Shown here: in pieces, positions 1-8,605 of the stretch | Layout of the letters: each line of letters begins with the position of its first letter | Numbering within the stretch: the first letter of the stretch is position 1 | Assembly (NCBI RefSeq): GCF_006345805.1 | Contig: NW_021827403.1 | Span: forward strand, 1 to 10,396 | Source of the DNA: Octopus sinensis | Taxonomy: Eukaryota | Direction: 5' to 3' | DNA length: 10,396 nucleotides | Program-made: the position numbers and the translations under genes | Notes under the pieces: generated by a model | Database searches by the model: none | What the model saw: only the letters and a program-made list of their open reading frames with translations | What the model was told of the DNA's origin: nothing

Positions 1-35
1 TCAACCAACTTACGTGACCATGGAGAAGTGGATGG

Positions 36-299
36 AACAACAATGATGATAATGATGATGATGATGATGATGATGATGACGACGATGACAATGATGATGG
101 CAATAATACTGACAGCAATGATGATGATGTTGATGATGATGACAACGACGACGATAATACCAACAAGGATGATGGCAATGATGATGATGATGACAATGAT
201 GATGATGACGACAATGATGATGATGATGACAACAATAACAATGATGATGATGATGAGGAGGAGGAGGAGGAGGAGGAGGACAACGACGACGATGATAAC
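36..299. repeat. Degenerate trinucleotide microsatellite (GAT/GAC/AAT/AAC)n with an internal (GAG)n run
   Basis: In-register triplet repeat seen directly. It produces the spurious poly-Met ORF (28..336) and poly-His ORF (10..306). Confidence 0.95.
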
Positions 300-1600
300 A
301 AAACAATCGTTTGGTTTGTTATTTAACATCATATGACGTCTTGACTTTATTGGTTTTTTACAATACCCATTTTTTAAATATATTTATTGTTTCATTATTG
401 ATTTTAATTACTTTTGTTTTATCAGTTAGGCTATATTTTTTTAATCTTTATTTTACTCTATTTATTTAATTATTTATTTATTAGAATTAACACTGAGTAT
501 TAATGATTCATATCTAAAAACTTTTTTATAATTTGAATAGCTGAATTTAAAAGTAATTTTATAAAATAGTATTCCTACAAGCCACAGATATCTCCATGAA
601 ATAATATAAATCAAGCAACTTTTTATCTCCGAGAAATACACATGTCTTTCCTGTAAGATTATCAAAAGTCAGTTCTTGGTCTCAAGTGATTTAGACAAAT
701 TTATGTAGAGAAGGTTATTTAGAAAGAATAGACCTGATGTATTTGTCAATATTTTTCACTATATTAGCATGCAGTGTCTTGTTTAATATTTTTTGTAATG
801 AAATCTTTTGAAATTGTTAGTAATTAAGCGAACAATAATTTGTTGTATTTCTAATCATGAAAGACATGAATGAAAAAAAAATGGTTGTGTTCCAACAAAA
901 GCATACAATGCTAATTTATGTAAGATTCCATTATATGAGAGCAAAGTAATAAGATTAATATTCAATAACAGAAATATAGGTATAGCTCTGTATTGCTTTC
1001 TAAAAATTCGAATGGCTCTTGTTTCAACTTTTTAGAGATGAATATGTAACTACAGATGCAAACAAAATAGACTTGAGCAGTAATATTTATTCATCTAGCC
1101 ATACTGAATTAAGAACATTGTTTTACATCTGCCCGTCTTTCTTTTTTTATAATTTATTCTCCCACACTGTCTTTTTCTCACATTTTTTCATATTTTCTCC
1201 TTTCTCTGTTACTCAACCTCATTCATTCTCTCAGATGAAGGATGAGGAGTAGATCAGGGAAGAAAGTGTGATAGCCAGCCCCCTGATTAGCTTCTGATGA
1301 AGGAAATGAAAGTGACAGGTGTGCATGGTCAATCAAATATATATATATATATATGTACATAATAATAACAAGGCTATCTTAATCCTCAACCAACAATTTA
1401 TTAAAGGGTTATGAAACTCTTTTGCTTTATATAGATGGATCTAGATGTAGTTATATGCATTTGCGCATGTTGGGAACAGTCTATTTACAGACGTATCCAT
1501 CTATGGATTATACTCACTCATACTTACTGCTGATTGCCCATGTACTGTAGTATTTGTCCTAAGATAACACTTCTTTGTTTGTTTAAAAACGATAAATTTC

Positions 1601-1627
1601 AGAGAGAGAGAGAGAGAGAGAGAGAGA
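1601..1627. repeat. (AG)n microsatellite
   Basis: Pure AG run. Confidence 0.95.
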
Positions 1628-1917
1628 ATACCTCCCATCAATGTTCAGTTGCATATTCCAGATTTTTATTCAGCCAGGCAGCCATTTGCAACATCAGTGA
1701 ATGCTTTTTATTTACTTTTTTTCTGTATCAAAAACAGCAGAATTCTTGTCTGTGTATGTGAGGATGCAAAGGCCAAAATGTATCTGCTGCTCTTGGCAGT
1801 CACTGCTGCGATGAATTCATAAGGGATATTACAGGGTTTATATCTCAACAGAGTGCATACATTAAGTATGATAAATAGATGGCTGTTAAAACTAAAAACT
1901 ATCTCAGCTGCATAAAC

Positions 1918-2196
1918 CATACATACATACATACATACATACATACATGCATGCATACATACATACATGCATACATACATACATGCATACAAACATACAT
2001 ACATACATACATACATACATGCATGCATGCATGCATACATACATACATACATACATACATACATACACACATACATACATACAAACATAAACACACATAC
2101 ACACATACATACATACATACATACATACATACATACATTCATACATACATACATACATACATACATACAAACAAGCAAACATACATGCATACATGT
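1918..2196. repeat. Compound tetranucleotide microsatellite (CATA)n with CATG/CACA/CAAA variants
   Basis: Seen directly. It explains the MYVC/HTYI ORFs between 1708 and 2311. Confidence 0.97.
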
Positions 2197-2236
2197 ATAT
2201 TATAATTGTTCATTTGTTGACACATGCTTTCATTTG

Positions 2237-2557
2237 TTAGAGAGAAGAGGTGGTGGCATGAGTGAAAGGTGGAGTGGAAGTGACAGAGAGGAAGGGAGGA
2301 AGGTAGTGTGAGAGAGAAAACGAGAGGAGAGGGTGTGTGAAAGTGAGAGAGAAAAGGGGAGGGGGAATTAGTGAGATAACAGATAGCCACTTCCACAACC
2401 CACATGACAGCATGGTTAGTGGAATTGAGAGATGAAAAGAAAGACAAAGAGAGAAAGGCTAATGACGTGAAGAGGGAAAATTCATGGTTAAAAAGTTTGT
2501 TGAAAAGGTAGAGAGAAGAGCGAGAGAGAGAGCGAGAGAGAGAGAGAGAGAGAGAGA
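2237..2557. repeat. Purine-rich (GA/GGA) low-complexity tract ending in (GA)n
   Basis: The + strand is strongly A/G-biased, with a near-pure GA run at about 2509-2557. Confidence 0.85.
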
Positions 2558-2571
2558 AATATGAAGTGTTT

Positions 2572-2921
2572 ATCATCATCATCATCATCATTGTTAAGCA
2601 TCCGTTTTCCATGCTAGCATGTTGGACGGTTCTACTGGGTCTGTGAAGCCAAAGGCTTCATCAGGCCAGTCAAATCTGGCAGTGTTTCTACAGCTGGATG
2701 CCTTCCTAACGCCAACCACTCCGTGGTGTAGTGGGTGCGTTTTACGTCCACCCGCACAGGTGGCCAACAGAGCTGGCAAACGGCCATGAACGGATGGTGC
2801 TTTTTATGTGCCACCGGCACGTGGGCCAGGCGAGGCTGGCAACGGACACAAATGGATGGTGCTTTTTACGTGCCACCACGGCACGAGGCCAGTCAGGGCG
2901 GCGCTGGCAATGGTCACGGTC
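2572..2921 (-). mobile_element. GC-rich (GAT)n-tailed non-autonomous retroposon (family B, copy B1), carrying three ~62-bp tandem units
   Basis: On the minus strand: GGAAGG(G)CATCCAGCTGTAGAAAC...AACCGTCCAAC...GCTAGCATGGAAAACGGATG plus a (GAT)n tail, homologous to 6133-6354 and 6776-7087. Units start at 2734, 2796 and 2858 (GGTGC-TTTTACGT...). An RTE-LINE relationship is inferred from the GGAAGGGCATCC motif and the short-repeat tail. Confidence 0.85.
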
Positions 2922-3368
2922 AGGGAGGAATTTTAAATCTTATAATATATTATTGTGACTGCAAATGAAATAACTTAGTAAAATAATTGTGGATGTTACT
3001 TTTTTTTTTAATTTGCAATGGAATTGAAAATAATCATGTAAATAGCTATATTGTGTGTATTCTCTATATTGTTTTGTGTACATTATTTATATATAATGTA
3101 AATAATTATGATAAAATATTGCATAATAAGGAATATGCAATTATGTATTGATCTTACAGTTTCAATAGAATTAAATACCGATGACTGATACATGTATAAA
3201 GTATTGTAGATATTGTTATTGCGTATTTTTCTATCATTTACTGCACAGGCAACAATAAGATTTATGTACAATAAAAGTGTAAATCATCCCATCTTTTCTT
3301 AAATAGTCCTCTTAATTTTTTCATTCCAAGGAATTTCCACAAGTCCAACTAGTATACACATACACAAG

Positions 3369-3440
3369 TAAATTTCATGAGTAGGCTGTTCTGTTGATCA
3401 GATCAGTTGGAACCCTCACTGTCATAACCAACAAAGTGCC
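3369..3440 (+). mobile_element. Old 5'-truncated 3' fragment of the SINE family at 9735-10121
   Basis: AATTTCATGAGTAGGCTGTTCTGTTGATC...GGAACCCTCACTGTCATAACCAACAAAGTGC aligns to the reverse complement of 9739-9812. Confidence 0.85.
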
Positions 3441-3466
3441 ACGATATTTAATTATTGACAGACAGA

Positions 3467-3583
3467 TAGACAGACAGACAGACAGATAGATAGATAATAT
3501 AAATATATACATAATATATATGTATGTATAAGTAGATATGTATATAAGATATATATATATATATATATATTTAAAAATGTATA

Positions 3584-3622
<39 letters not shown>
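3467..3622. repeat. (GACA)n/(GATA)n followed by interrupted (TA)n
   Basis: Seen directly. Confidence 0.9.
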
Positions 3623-3624
<2 letters not shown>

Positions 3625-3709
3625 TCAAAAGAAATATTTTCATGAATTGAACGGGACTGCTGCATACATCCACTGACCATTCAAAATATTACTATCAGGC
3701 ACTCCCAAA

Positions 3710-3816
3710 TTCTTCTTCTTCTTCTTCTTCTCTTCTTCTTTTCTTCTTCTTCTTCTCTTCTTCTCTCTTCTTTCTTCTTCTTCTCTTCTCCTCCTCCTCC
3801 TCCTCCTTCTCTTCCT
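3710..3816. repeat. 107-nt pure pyrimidine tract, (CTT)n grading into (CTC)n
   Basis: Only C and T between 3710 and 3816. Confidence 0.95.
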
Positions 3817-4077
3817 ACTAAGAATTCACAATGACCTCAAACTCACAAGAGTAAACAAGAGAGACAGAGACAGGCAGAAACAAGGAAAATGCCACTTGCA
3901 TTTGGACACTATACAAATATTCTTTTAAAAAAACTTTCTTTAATTTTTCTAAATTTAATTATTAGTGTTACAGTTCAAAAGTCTCAATGACTGAAACCGT
4001 GTACTGAAATGTTTTTTTATAAAATCATTTTGCCATTTTCTATCTTGACTCTTTTTAACATAATATTACATCTATAT

Positions 4078-4126
4078 ACATGTATGTATATTATATATAT
4101 ATATATAGATATATATATATATATAT
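4078..4126. repeat. Interrupted (TA)n
   Basis: Seen directly. Confidence 0.9.
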
Positions 4127-4379
4127 CTTTATAATTAAGGGCTAAAGAGGGTTATTCTAAAGCCATACACTGATTTATCCACTATAATCCACTTGTTACA
4201 GGAAATTGAACTAAAAGCGGGCAACTAACCTTTAGAAAATTTAAATTTCATTATCTCTATATTGAATCAATTCGGAATTATCCTATAAAGGATACATTCT
4301 TCGTCAGTAGAGCTTACGAGGGAATATAAATAAAATACTCACATGTGATCATGGAAAAAGCAGAAGCTAAAAACATAAC

Positions 4380-4399
4380 TTATACATATATATATATAT

Positions 4400-4481
<82 letters not shown>
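4380..4481. repeat. Interrupted (TA)n
   Basis: Seen directly. Confidence 0.92.
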
Positions 4482-4482
<1 letters not shown>

Positions 4483-4723
4483 CTCTAAAGTGGTTGCATT
4501 TGGAAGGGCATCAGCAGTAAAAACATGCCAAACTGACCCTGCCTGTGCTGGTGCCACAAATCACTGAGACCATTCTGCAGAGTGATTGAATGTTAAGAAG
4601 GGCATCCGCTGTAAAAACCATACCAAAACAGACACAGATGGCTGACCTGACCAGTTTCTGTCAAACCGTCCAGCCCATGCCAGCTTGAAAGGTGGACAGC
4701 AAACAATGATGATGATGATGATG
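4482..4723 (+). mobile_element. Older, diverged relative of family B (3' part with (ATG)n tail)
   Basis: GAAGGGCATC occurs at 4503 and 4597, followed by AAACCGTCCAGCCCATGCCAGC...(ATG)n. This is the same 3' module as B1-B3. Confidence 0.75.
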
Positions 4724-4724
4724 A

Positions 4725-4850
4725 ATATATATGTGCATATATATATATTATACACACACACACACACACACACACACCAACAACACACGCACAACACACA
4801 CATATATCTATATATATATATATATATATAATATATATATATATATAATA
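4725..4850. repeat. Compound (TA)n/(CA)n microsatellite
   Basis: Seen directly. Confidence 0.92.
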
Positions 4851-5208
4851 TCTTTATATATAAAAGAAAGGTTGTGTGTCTGTCTCTACGATTAGATTCC
4901 TAACTACTCCCACATTTTGCGGTGGAATTTAACCAAACCGGGTATCTTATAGTCGTGATTCATATCAAGCCCCTTCTGGTATTAGCGCGCGTCTACGATG
5001 AGTCTACGATTTAAAAATAATTTACCATCATTTTTTTCCATTTTAATGCATATTTTTTTTTAATATAAGGGAAGTAACTCTCTAAAAATGTCTACGATGA
5101 GTCAACGATTTAAAAAAAATTTACCATAATTTTTTTCCATTTTTAATGTATTTTTTGCTATTTTTTGGCTATAACTCTCTAAAAATGCTTTATAGTTATT
5201 TCCCTTAC
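4851..5208 (+). mobile_element. Probable non-autonomous Helitron-like element, 3' end missing, with a ~99-bp internal tandem duplication
   Basis: It starts A|TCTTTATATATAAAAG, matching the Helitron pattern of a 5' TC after a target A. Duplicated units lie at 4991-5089 and 5090-5187 (GTCTACGATGAGTC.ACGATTTAAAA...TAACTCTCTAAAAATG). No 3' hairpin plus CTRR was found, so the class call is tentative. Confidence 0.5.
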
Positions 5209-5623
5209 AAATGAATAACAGTAGAGATACAGGTGTCAATCCATTATGGCCATTTCTGATGACTCCTTTAACTGATTAATAAAAACATTACATCATTCTA
5301 AAGAAATTGTTTTCATCAGATGACTTCATAAACTTCAAAATAAAGGACATTCAAAACTATTTAACATAGTTTAAAATTCACAGGGTAAAACATTTTCCAA
5401 TACTATTTCAGTTGACAGATTCTGTCAACAGAAATATTATCAGAATCACTGTGAATTTTAAGCTATGTTAAATAGTTTTGAATGTCCTTTATTTTGAAGT
5501 TCATAAAGTCATCTGATGAAAACGATTTCTTTAGAATGATGTAATGTTTTTATTAATCAGTTAAAGGAGTCATCAGAAATGGCCATAATGGATTGACACC
5601 TGTACCTCTACTGTTATTCATTT
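5209..5623. repeat. 415-bp near-perfect inverted repeat (foldback/MITE-like)
   Basis: Arms at 5209-5383 and 5449-5623 are 175 bp each with 5 mismatches, all transitions. The 65-bp spacer holds an inner hairpin, GTTGACAGA-T-TCTGTCAAC (5411-5429). TA flanks both sides one base further out (5206-5207 and 5625-5626). Confidence 0.93.
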
Positions 5624-5814
5624 ATATTTTTTTTCACCTATCTCAGAATCTGCTCTTTGTAAATATTATGAACTGTGTATTTAATATAACGTACATGTCT
5701 GAATAGCTCAAGAGTGTATTTCTTCACTCAGCTGGGTCTAATTGTCTACATACACTGCAAGAATATCATTCGGCCAGTACTTATGTACCAAGTTTGATAT
5801 TTACATAATATTGT

Positions 5815-5820
<6 letters not shown>

Positions 5821-5855
<35 letters not shown>
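5821..5855. repeat. (TG)n microsatellite
   Basis: Pure TG run. Confidence 0.97.
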
Positions 5856-5857
<2 letters not shown>

Positions 5858-5917
5858 TATTCTGACCTAGCAAGGTGCCTCAATTTAAGTACCTAACCCA
5901 ACTGAACCTTACTTATA

Positions 5918-6577
5918 TACTCTTTTACTGTTTCAGTCAGGTGAGCTGTAGCCATGCTGGAACACCACCTTTAGTCGAGCTTTTGTAGCATAGTACTTAT
6001 TCTATCGGTCTCTTTTGCCAAGCTGTAAGTTGGGGACATAACACACCAGCAATCGGTGTCACGATGTTGGGGGGACAAACACAGACGTACACAAACATAT
6101 ACCACATACATACATATATATATATATATATAATCATCATCATCATCGTTTAACATCCATTTTCCGCGCTAGCACGGGTTGGACGGTTCGGACCGGGGTC
6201 TGGGGAGCCAGGGGCTGCCCCAGGCTCCAGTCTGATCTGGCAGTGTTTCTACAGCTGGATGCCCTTCCTAACGCCAACCACTCCGCGAGTGTAGTGGGTG
6301 CTTTTTACGTGCCACCTGCACAGGTGCCAGAGGGGTCTGGCATCGGCCACGATCATACATACATATATATATATACATACATATATATATATACATATAT
6401 ATATATATACATATGATGGGCTTCTTTCAGTTTTCATCTGCCAAATCCACTCACAAGGTTTTGGTCAGCCTGAGGCTATAGTAGAACACACTTGCTCAAG
6501 GTGCCATGCAATGGGACTGAACCCGGAACTATGTGGTTTGTAAGCAAGCTACTTACCACACAGCCACTTCTACACCT
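5918..6577 (-). mobile_element. tRNA-derived SINE with a CORE-like motif (family A, copy A1), interrupted by the B2 insertion at 6133-6354
   Basis: The head on the minus strand reads AGTGGCTGTGTGGTAAGTAGCTTGCTTAC...GGGTTCAGTCCC (A/B-box-like), then ACCTTGAGCAAGT (CORE-like), an internal TA/CA microsatellite and the 3' end CTCGACTAAAGG.GGTG.TCCAGCATGGC...AGTAAAAGAGTA. It is homologous to 7315-7696 and 8606-9024. Confidence 0.9.
6133..6354 (-). mobile_element. Family B retroposon copy B2 (young, CpG-rich), nested in SINE A1
   Basis: (GAT)n tail at 6133-6147 and a single tandem unit. It is flanked by ATACATACA(TA)n at 6108-6132 and 6355-6375, which looks like a TSD. Confidence 0.9.
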
Positions 6578-6584
6578 ATGTGTA

Positions 6585-6752
6585 TATATTGGGGATTTTT
6601 TTCCCCTCTGTCTTCCCTTCTCTGGGTTTTTCCTTCTCCTATGTTTCCAACGAAGAGCTCTGCTTGAAACGTTAAACCTTCCTTCTTTCCTGAGCGTCCA
6701 ATAATACGTCCTCGTGTTGTTGTGTTTTTTGTGCTTTCTTGTTTGGATTAAC
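6585..6752 (+). mobile_element. Possible Penelope-like element terminal fragment
   Basis: Pyrimidine-rich segment containing the Penelope-type hammerhead arrangement at 6643-6677. The boundaries are approximate, and the class is inferred from the motif only. Confidence 0.45.
6643..6677 (+). ncRNA. Degenerate minimal type I hammerhead ribozyme-like motif
   Basis: GTTT | CCAACGA A | GAGC-TCT-GCTT | GAAA | CG T T | AAAC gives stem I (GTTT/AAAC), a CUGANGA-like core with two deviations, stem II, GAAA, a palindromic ACGT stem III and a GUU cleavage triplet. Confidence 0.5.
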
Positions 6753-6775
6753 TATATATATATATATATATACAT

Positions 6776-7087
6776 GTGGCACATAGAAAGCACCATCCGA
6801 ACGTAGCCGATGCCAGCGCTGCCTTGGCTGGCTTCTGTGCCGGTGGCAGGTTAAAAGCTCCAACCGATCGTGGCCGATGCCAGACCCCGCTGGCACCTGT
6901 GCAGGTGGCACGTAAAAAGCACCCACTACACTCGCGGAGTGGTTGGCTTTAGGAAGGGCATCCAGCTGTAGAAACACTGCCAGATCAGACTGGAGCCTGG
7001 TGCAGCCCCTGGCTTCCCAGATCCCCGGTTGAACCGTCCAACCCGTGCTAGCGCGGAAAACGGACGTTAAACGATGATGATCATGAT
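6776..7087 (+). mobile_element. Family B retroposon copy B3 (young, CpG-rich), about 2.3 tandem units
   Basis: ...GGAAGGGCATCCAGCTGTAGAAAC...GAAAACGGACGTTAAACGATGATGA. Positions 6866-7080 are about 96% identical to the reverse complement of B2 (about 9 differences in about 215 nt). Confidence 0.9.
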
Positions 7088-7181
7088 ACACACACACACA
7101 CGTGAGCACATAAGTGCAAAACAAAATGAAAAAAATAGTACTCATATACCAAAGGTAGAGTAATATACTTTTTATGAAAGC

Positions 7182-7255
7182 TTCACATTCTCATTCATCG
7201 GACAGTTGTGATAAATACTTATTTATCACAGCTGTCTGACAAATGGGAACATGAA
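7182..7255. repeat. 74-bp imperfect palindrome (36-bp arms, 2-nt loop)
   Basis: 7182-7217 against the reverse complement of 7220-7255 gives 29/36 matches, and all 7 differences are transitions. Confidence 0.8.
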
Positions 7256-7314
7256 ACTGAGTAACAGTTCGGTGATAATTCTGGAGCTTTAATAAAATAT
7301 ATATATATATACAA

Positions 7315-7696
7315 ATGTAGGAGTGGCTGTGTAGTAAGTAGCTTGCTTACAAACCACATGTTGCCGGGTTCAGTCCCATTGCATGGCACCTTGGGCAAGT
7401 GTCTTGTGAGTAGATTTTGTAGACAGAAACTGAAAGAAGCCTGTCGTATATATGTATATTATATATATATATATATACATATCTATGTGTGCGTGTGTGT
7501 TTGTGTGTTTGTGTTTGTACCCCCAACATTGCTTGACAACCAATGCTGGTGTGTTTACATCCCCATAACTTAATGGTTCGGTAAAAGAGTCCAATATAGG
7601 CTTACAAAGAAGTCCTGGGGTCAATTTGCTCGACTAAAGATGGTGCTCAAGCATGGCCACAGTCACATGACTGAAACAAGTAAAAGAGTAAAGAGT
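7315..7696 (+). mobile_element. tRNA-derived SINE family A, copy A2 (internally deleted)
   Basis: A-box-like TGGCTGTGTAG at 7324-7334, B-box-like GGTTCAGTCC at 7367-7376, CORE-like ACCTTGGGCAAGT, internal TA/TG microsatellite and AAAAGAGT tail. It lacks 30 bp at 7405/7406 relative to A1 and A3. Confidence 0.92.
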
Positions 7697-7803
7697 ACAT
7701 ACATACACACACACACACACATGTATGTATATAAATATGTACATGTATATACAAATATATACATATACATATATATATATATATGTATATATGCAGTATA
7801 TAT
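7697..7803. repeat. Compound CATA/CA/TA microsatellite
   Basis: Seen directly. Confidence 0.88.
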
Positions 7804-7947
7804 GCAGCACAGATTTTTGTCAGTGAACAGGTCATGGATTTTAGTGACAAAATATTTTGACAAATTAAACTTAAATGTTGAAGTGACGATCGGCTTTTGT
7901 GTGTTTCTTAAATGCTTACAAACAGCTTCCCACGCTGCAATTGTTCA

Positions 7948-7981
7948 TATATATATATTATATATAATATATATATATATA
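7948..7981. repeat. Interrupted (TA)n
   Basis: Seen directly. Confidence 0.88.
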
Positions 7982-8169
7982 TTTCTACAAAATTAGAAAA
8001 TGGAGAAACATACTTAAACCAATCAAACATCAACCAACAGATGATACCAATCAATACTTTATTACACCATTACATAACAGTAAAGGCATTATATAAAATA
8101 TATTGTACTCTCTAGCAGTATATTGGATATATGTTATCCATGATGGTTGAATTTCAACCCCTATCTCAT

Positions 8170-8229
8170 TTTATAATATAATATATATATATATATTAAT
8201 ATATATATATATAATATAATATATATATT
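8170..8229. repeat. Interrupted (TA)n
   Basis: Seen directly. Confidence 0.88.
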
Positions 8230-8605
8230 AGAAAGTAAAAGCAGGAAAAATTACATCATAAAATCACTGTAGAAATACGTCCATAATATAAACTATTGTA
8301 TTAATAAATAAATATATTAAAGTATAACTATGATCATTTAAAAGATGTGAGATATCTTACGATTGCTTCATGAATGTATAAACTTTCAAAATGAAATCCA
8401 TAATTGATAACCATTATTAGGAAGTACATCCACTCATCAGAAAAAAGGATGAATTTCAGTGTAGTAAATCGAATTATAGAGATGCTATTTAAACTTGAAC
8501 CTACACTCTTCTAATATATAGCTAAATGATTTTAAATATAATACTTTAAGTATTATACATTAATTTATTCTGTATTAGGTCAGTGCATGTTTGCCATATT
8601 TGCAT

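Noticed and set aside
18-326. Stop-free + frame encoding a long Asp/Asn/Glu tract, reminiscent of acidic mollusc matrix proteins
   Set aside because: It has no in-frame ATG and no credible acceptor or donor around it. Degenerate (GAT)n repeats give such frames automatically.
1225-1252. Long polypyrimidine tract plus CAG followed by ATGAAGGATGAGGAGTAG (MKDEE*)
   Set aside because: It could be a terminal exon, but there is no supporting upstream exon or homology, and the other frames close immediately.
1294-1316. CTGATGA...GAAA, a second hammerhead-like core
   Set aside because: No credible stem II, stem III or stem I pairing can be built.
1708-2311. Five overlapping ORFs of 79-160 aa (MYVC/HTYI repeats)
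   Set aside because: They are translations of the (CATA)n microsatellite. The unique tail of 1708..2190 has possible splice sites but no recognisable protein and does not fit the other exon phases.
2734-2921. Regularly spaced ~62-bp repeats resembling a CRISPR array
   Set aside because: Whole units are homologous with no unique spacers, they lie inside a retroposon, the context is eukaryotic and there are no cas genes.
5693-5752. 60-nt minus-strand segment with a good acceptor (TTCTTGCAG) and donor (GTACGT)
   Set aside because: It has stops in all three frames, and nothing else supports it as an exon.
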